DNA from: Azolla caroliniana
Lineage: Eukaryota; Plantae; Polypodiophyta
Direction of reading: 5' to 3'
DNA length: 53,816 nt
NCBI GenBank assembly: GCA_043228905.1
Contig: JBHGNT010000202.1
Span: 1 to 53,816 of the forward strand
Shown: piece by piece, positions 51,377 through 53,816 of the stretch
Numbering within the stretch: the first letter of the stretch is position 1
Layout of the letters: each line of letters begins with the position of its first letter
Program-made: the position numbers and the translations under genes
The notes under the pieces: model-generated
Told to the model about the DNA's origin: nothing
The model's input: only the letters and a program-made list of their open reading frames with translations
The model's database searches: none

Positions 51377-53816
51377 TGTTGAGAGACAAGTTCAACATCG
51401 GCCGGATCGGCTGAAGAAGCCGAGGACCCGATCGGTTAGGCCGAGTACATAAACCGGGAGGCCGTTAGGAAAGATATTCCGTGAGGAATATATTTGGGAG
51501 TTAGTGTAGGAGCTCTTGATGAGCATTGAAGTACTGTCAGTACTTCGGCCAGTCCTTCTAGGACTTGTATAAAAGTGCTCACTGAGCACGTCTTATGTAC
51601 AGATTGAGTATTATTGTTGAATATAGTTTTTTGTGTTTCTCTCTCTGTCTCTCCTGTGTATACCGTGTAAGCTCAAGCTCTCCATTAAACCTGAGTTTCC
51701 TCTCTTCTGTTCGGTCTTCATACTTGCTTCCGCACATTTCTTTCTACATGGTATCAGAGCGCGAGGGTTGAGAACCTCTCTGCAGCCGACACAGCTTGAT
51801 GAAGAAGAACAAGAAGAACGATGGATAGAGGCATGGCAAGCTCGCTTCCAACAGAGAAGCTCGACAGAACCAACTACGCGTCTTGGTCCTACAAGATGCA
51901 CCAGTACCTGCTCGGGCACGGCTACTGGAGTTATGTCGAAGGAGCTAATGACGCGGCACCCGAATCGACACACAGAGACTTCCCGTCGTGGGAGCAATCG
52001 GCGAGCAGGGTACTATACTGCTTCGCGTCGTGTGTGGGCGAACAGCTACTGAGCTATGTTCGGGATGCAAAGACGCCGAAGGGTGCGTGGGAAAATCTGA
52101 AGAAGATTTTCGCCGCGAGCACCACAGCCAGGAAGCTTCAGCTCCAACAGGAGTTGAGCAACCTACGACAACACGACTTGTCGGTGGTGGACTATACCTC
52201 GAAGATCAAGGATATCTGCGACTCCCTCGCCTCCATAGAGGTGAACATCGAGGAGAGCGAGATGGTCCAGATCTGTCTCAGAGGTTTGGCGTCGAAGTTC
52301 GGAGCGTTCCGAACGGCTGTGTGTACCCGGGAGAATACGTCGTCCTTTTTCGACTTACAGTCGATGCTCTTGGTAGAGGAGAACCACGCGGGTGCGTCGA
52401 CAAGCACGCACACCGACAGCAAGATGTTGTACAAGGAGGGAGAAAGGCCCCGTGGTCGTGGCGGATGAGGCGAGTCGGTACGCAATGGAAGCGGCCGACG
52501 AGATCAAGGAAGATGGCACCGAAGTATTGCCGACAGCAACTCCGGACCCTCCGGAAACAGGGGGAGTCGAAGCGATGAGAACCGGCAAGGGAAGTCCATC
52601 GCGGAGTGTTGGTACTGTGGCAAGAAAGGCCACAAGGAAAGTGAGTGCTGGAAGAAGCGCGCCGATTCGGAGAGAAATGGCTCCAAAAATACCGACAAGG
52701 GAAATCGGCAACAATCGCACTACGCCGAAGACTCCGGGAGAGCCGGAGAAGGATCTGCCTTCGTGTCGAGACACGAAGCAAACTCAATGAAATAGAGCAC
52801 CCTGAGATCGGACGAGGTGTGGTACGTAGACTCCGGCGCGTCAAACCACATGACGAGCCATAAGGAGTGGTTCTCGTACCTTGAAAAACCGATATAACCG
52901 GGAGTAGTCGCAACAGGAGACGACACTCCGCATCCGATCGCGAATGTCGAAGAAGTTCCCCTTAGCCATGTCGAGCAGAAAGGGAAACTCATGAACGTGT
53001 TGCACGTTCCGACAATCACGAAGAACTTGGTCTCGGTCGGACAGATCGTCAACCAAGGGATGGAGGTTTGGTTTACACACCTCGGGTGCTTCATTGAGGA
53101 AGAAGGCCGTGTGATTGCGCAAGGGCGCAGAGACGAGAGGATGTTCATCCTCGATTCCACTGACGGCGGCACCGCAATGTTCGCAAAGGGACAAAAGACC
53201 AAGTCGGACATTGACTTGTGGCACAAGCGGGTAGGCCACGTCAACTACCAGCAGCTTCAAGATCTGCAAATGAAACAGGTAGTGTTCGGATTGCCCAAAT
53301 TTAGTGGCCGACAGGCACAAATTTGTGAAGCCTGCCAGCTCGGGAAGCAACACCGACTTCCCTTCCCCAACGAGCGAAACCGGAATCGGAACAAGCTCGA
53401 CCTTATACACTCCGATGTATGGCGGCCGGCACAAAACGTTAGTCTTTGCGGGAGCCGATATTTCGTCTCCTTCATCGACGACCACACGCGGCACACGTGG
53501 ATCTACCTCATTGAGAGGAAGAGCGAAGTCTTCGACTGTTTCCGGGACCTCAAAGGGTTCGTGGAAGCCGAAACGGGACGAAAGATCAAGTGCCTGCGGT
53601 CGGATGGCGGAAAAGAATACTTTTCCGGTCAATTCAACGGTTACCTACAACAAATGGGAATTCGCCGTGAATTCAATTGTAGATACACGCCAGAGCAGAA
53701 CGGCGTGGCCGAGAGAAAGAATCGGTCGATTGTGGAAGCGGCACGGGCAATGCTGGAGGAGAAGAGCTTGCCCAAGTTCTACTGGGCCGAGGCGGTAAGG
53801 ACCGCAGTATACATCC
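51377..53816 (+). mobile_element. Ty1/copia element F (same family as B); continues beyond the window
   Basis: LTR 51377-51748 (TG...CA) and perfect PBS TGGTATCAGAGC 51749-51760. gag from 51821, CWYCGKKGH, VWYVDSGASNHM, LWHKRVGH, LDLIHSDVWGP and RSDGGKEY. Confidence 0.95.
51821..53816 (+). pseudogene. copia F gag-pol, colinear but with premature stops
   Basis: 215-aa gag ORF ends at TGA 52466-52468 (CGA in the equivalent position of B). Further stops lie near 52793 and 52895. Confidence 0.9.

Noticed and set aside
52278-53798. Numerous overlapping ORFs in alternative frames and strands over copia F (and similarly over A, B and D)
   Set aside because: Shadow frames of GC-rich gag-pol sequence.

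Overview
Eukaryotic, land-plant genomic DNA. A CEP162-like ciliary gene points to a lineage with flagellated sperm, such as a fern or lycophyte (inference). Bases 1-35.6 kb are a nested transposon graveyard. It holds five degenerate Ty1/copia LTR retrotransposons (A-E), a solo LTR, and an ~11.6-kb Sola2-type DNA transposon inside copia B. It also holds a 1.8-kb intron-containing RING-gene fragment inside the 3' LTR of copia C. Bases 37.2-51.1 kb carry an apparently intact ~21-exon CEP162-like gene on the minus strand, with LINE and Ty3/gypsy debris in its introns. A sixth copia (F, same family as B) starts ~250 bp upstream of that gene's predicted start codon and runs off the window. The best candidate for an undescribed system is the Sola2-type element. 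It has a spliced transposase plus a convergent spliced accessory gene, and the long introns of both are filled with GTACTA-rich tandem arrays. The accessory gene contains a domain I cannot name (NNE[VL]xxxFARAFAxE...W). The same domain recurs 13 kb away, fused to a coiled coil and a RING-H2 finger. All family assignments come from motif recognition by eye; no database searches were run.
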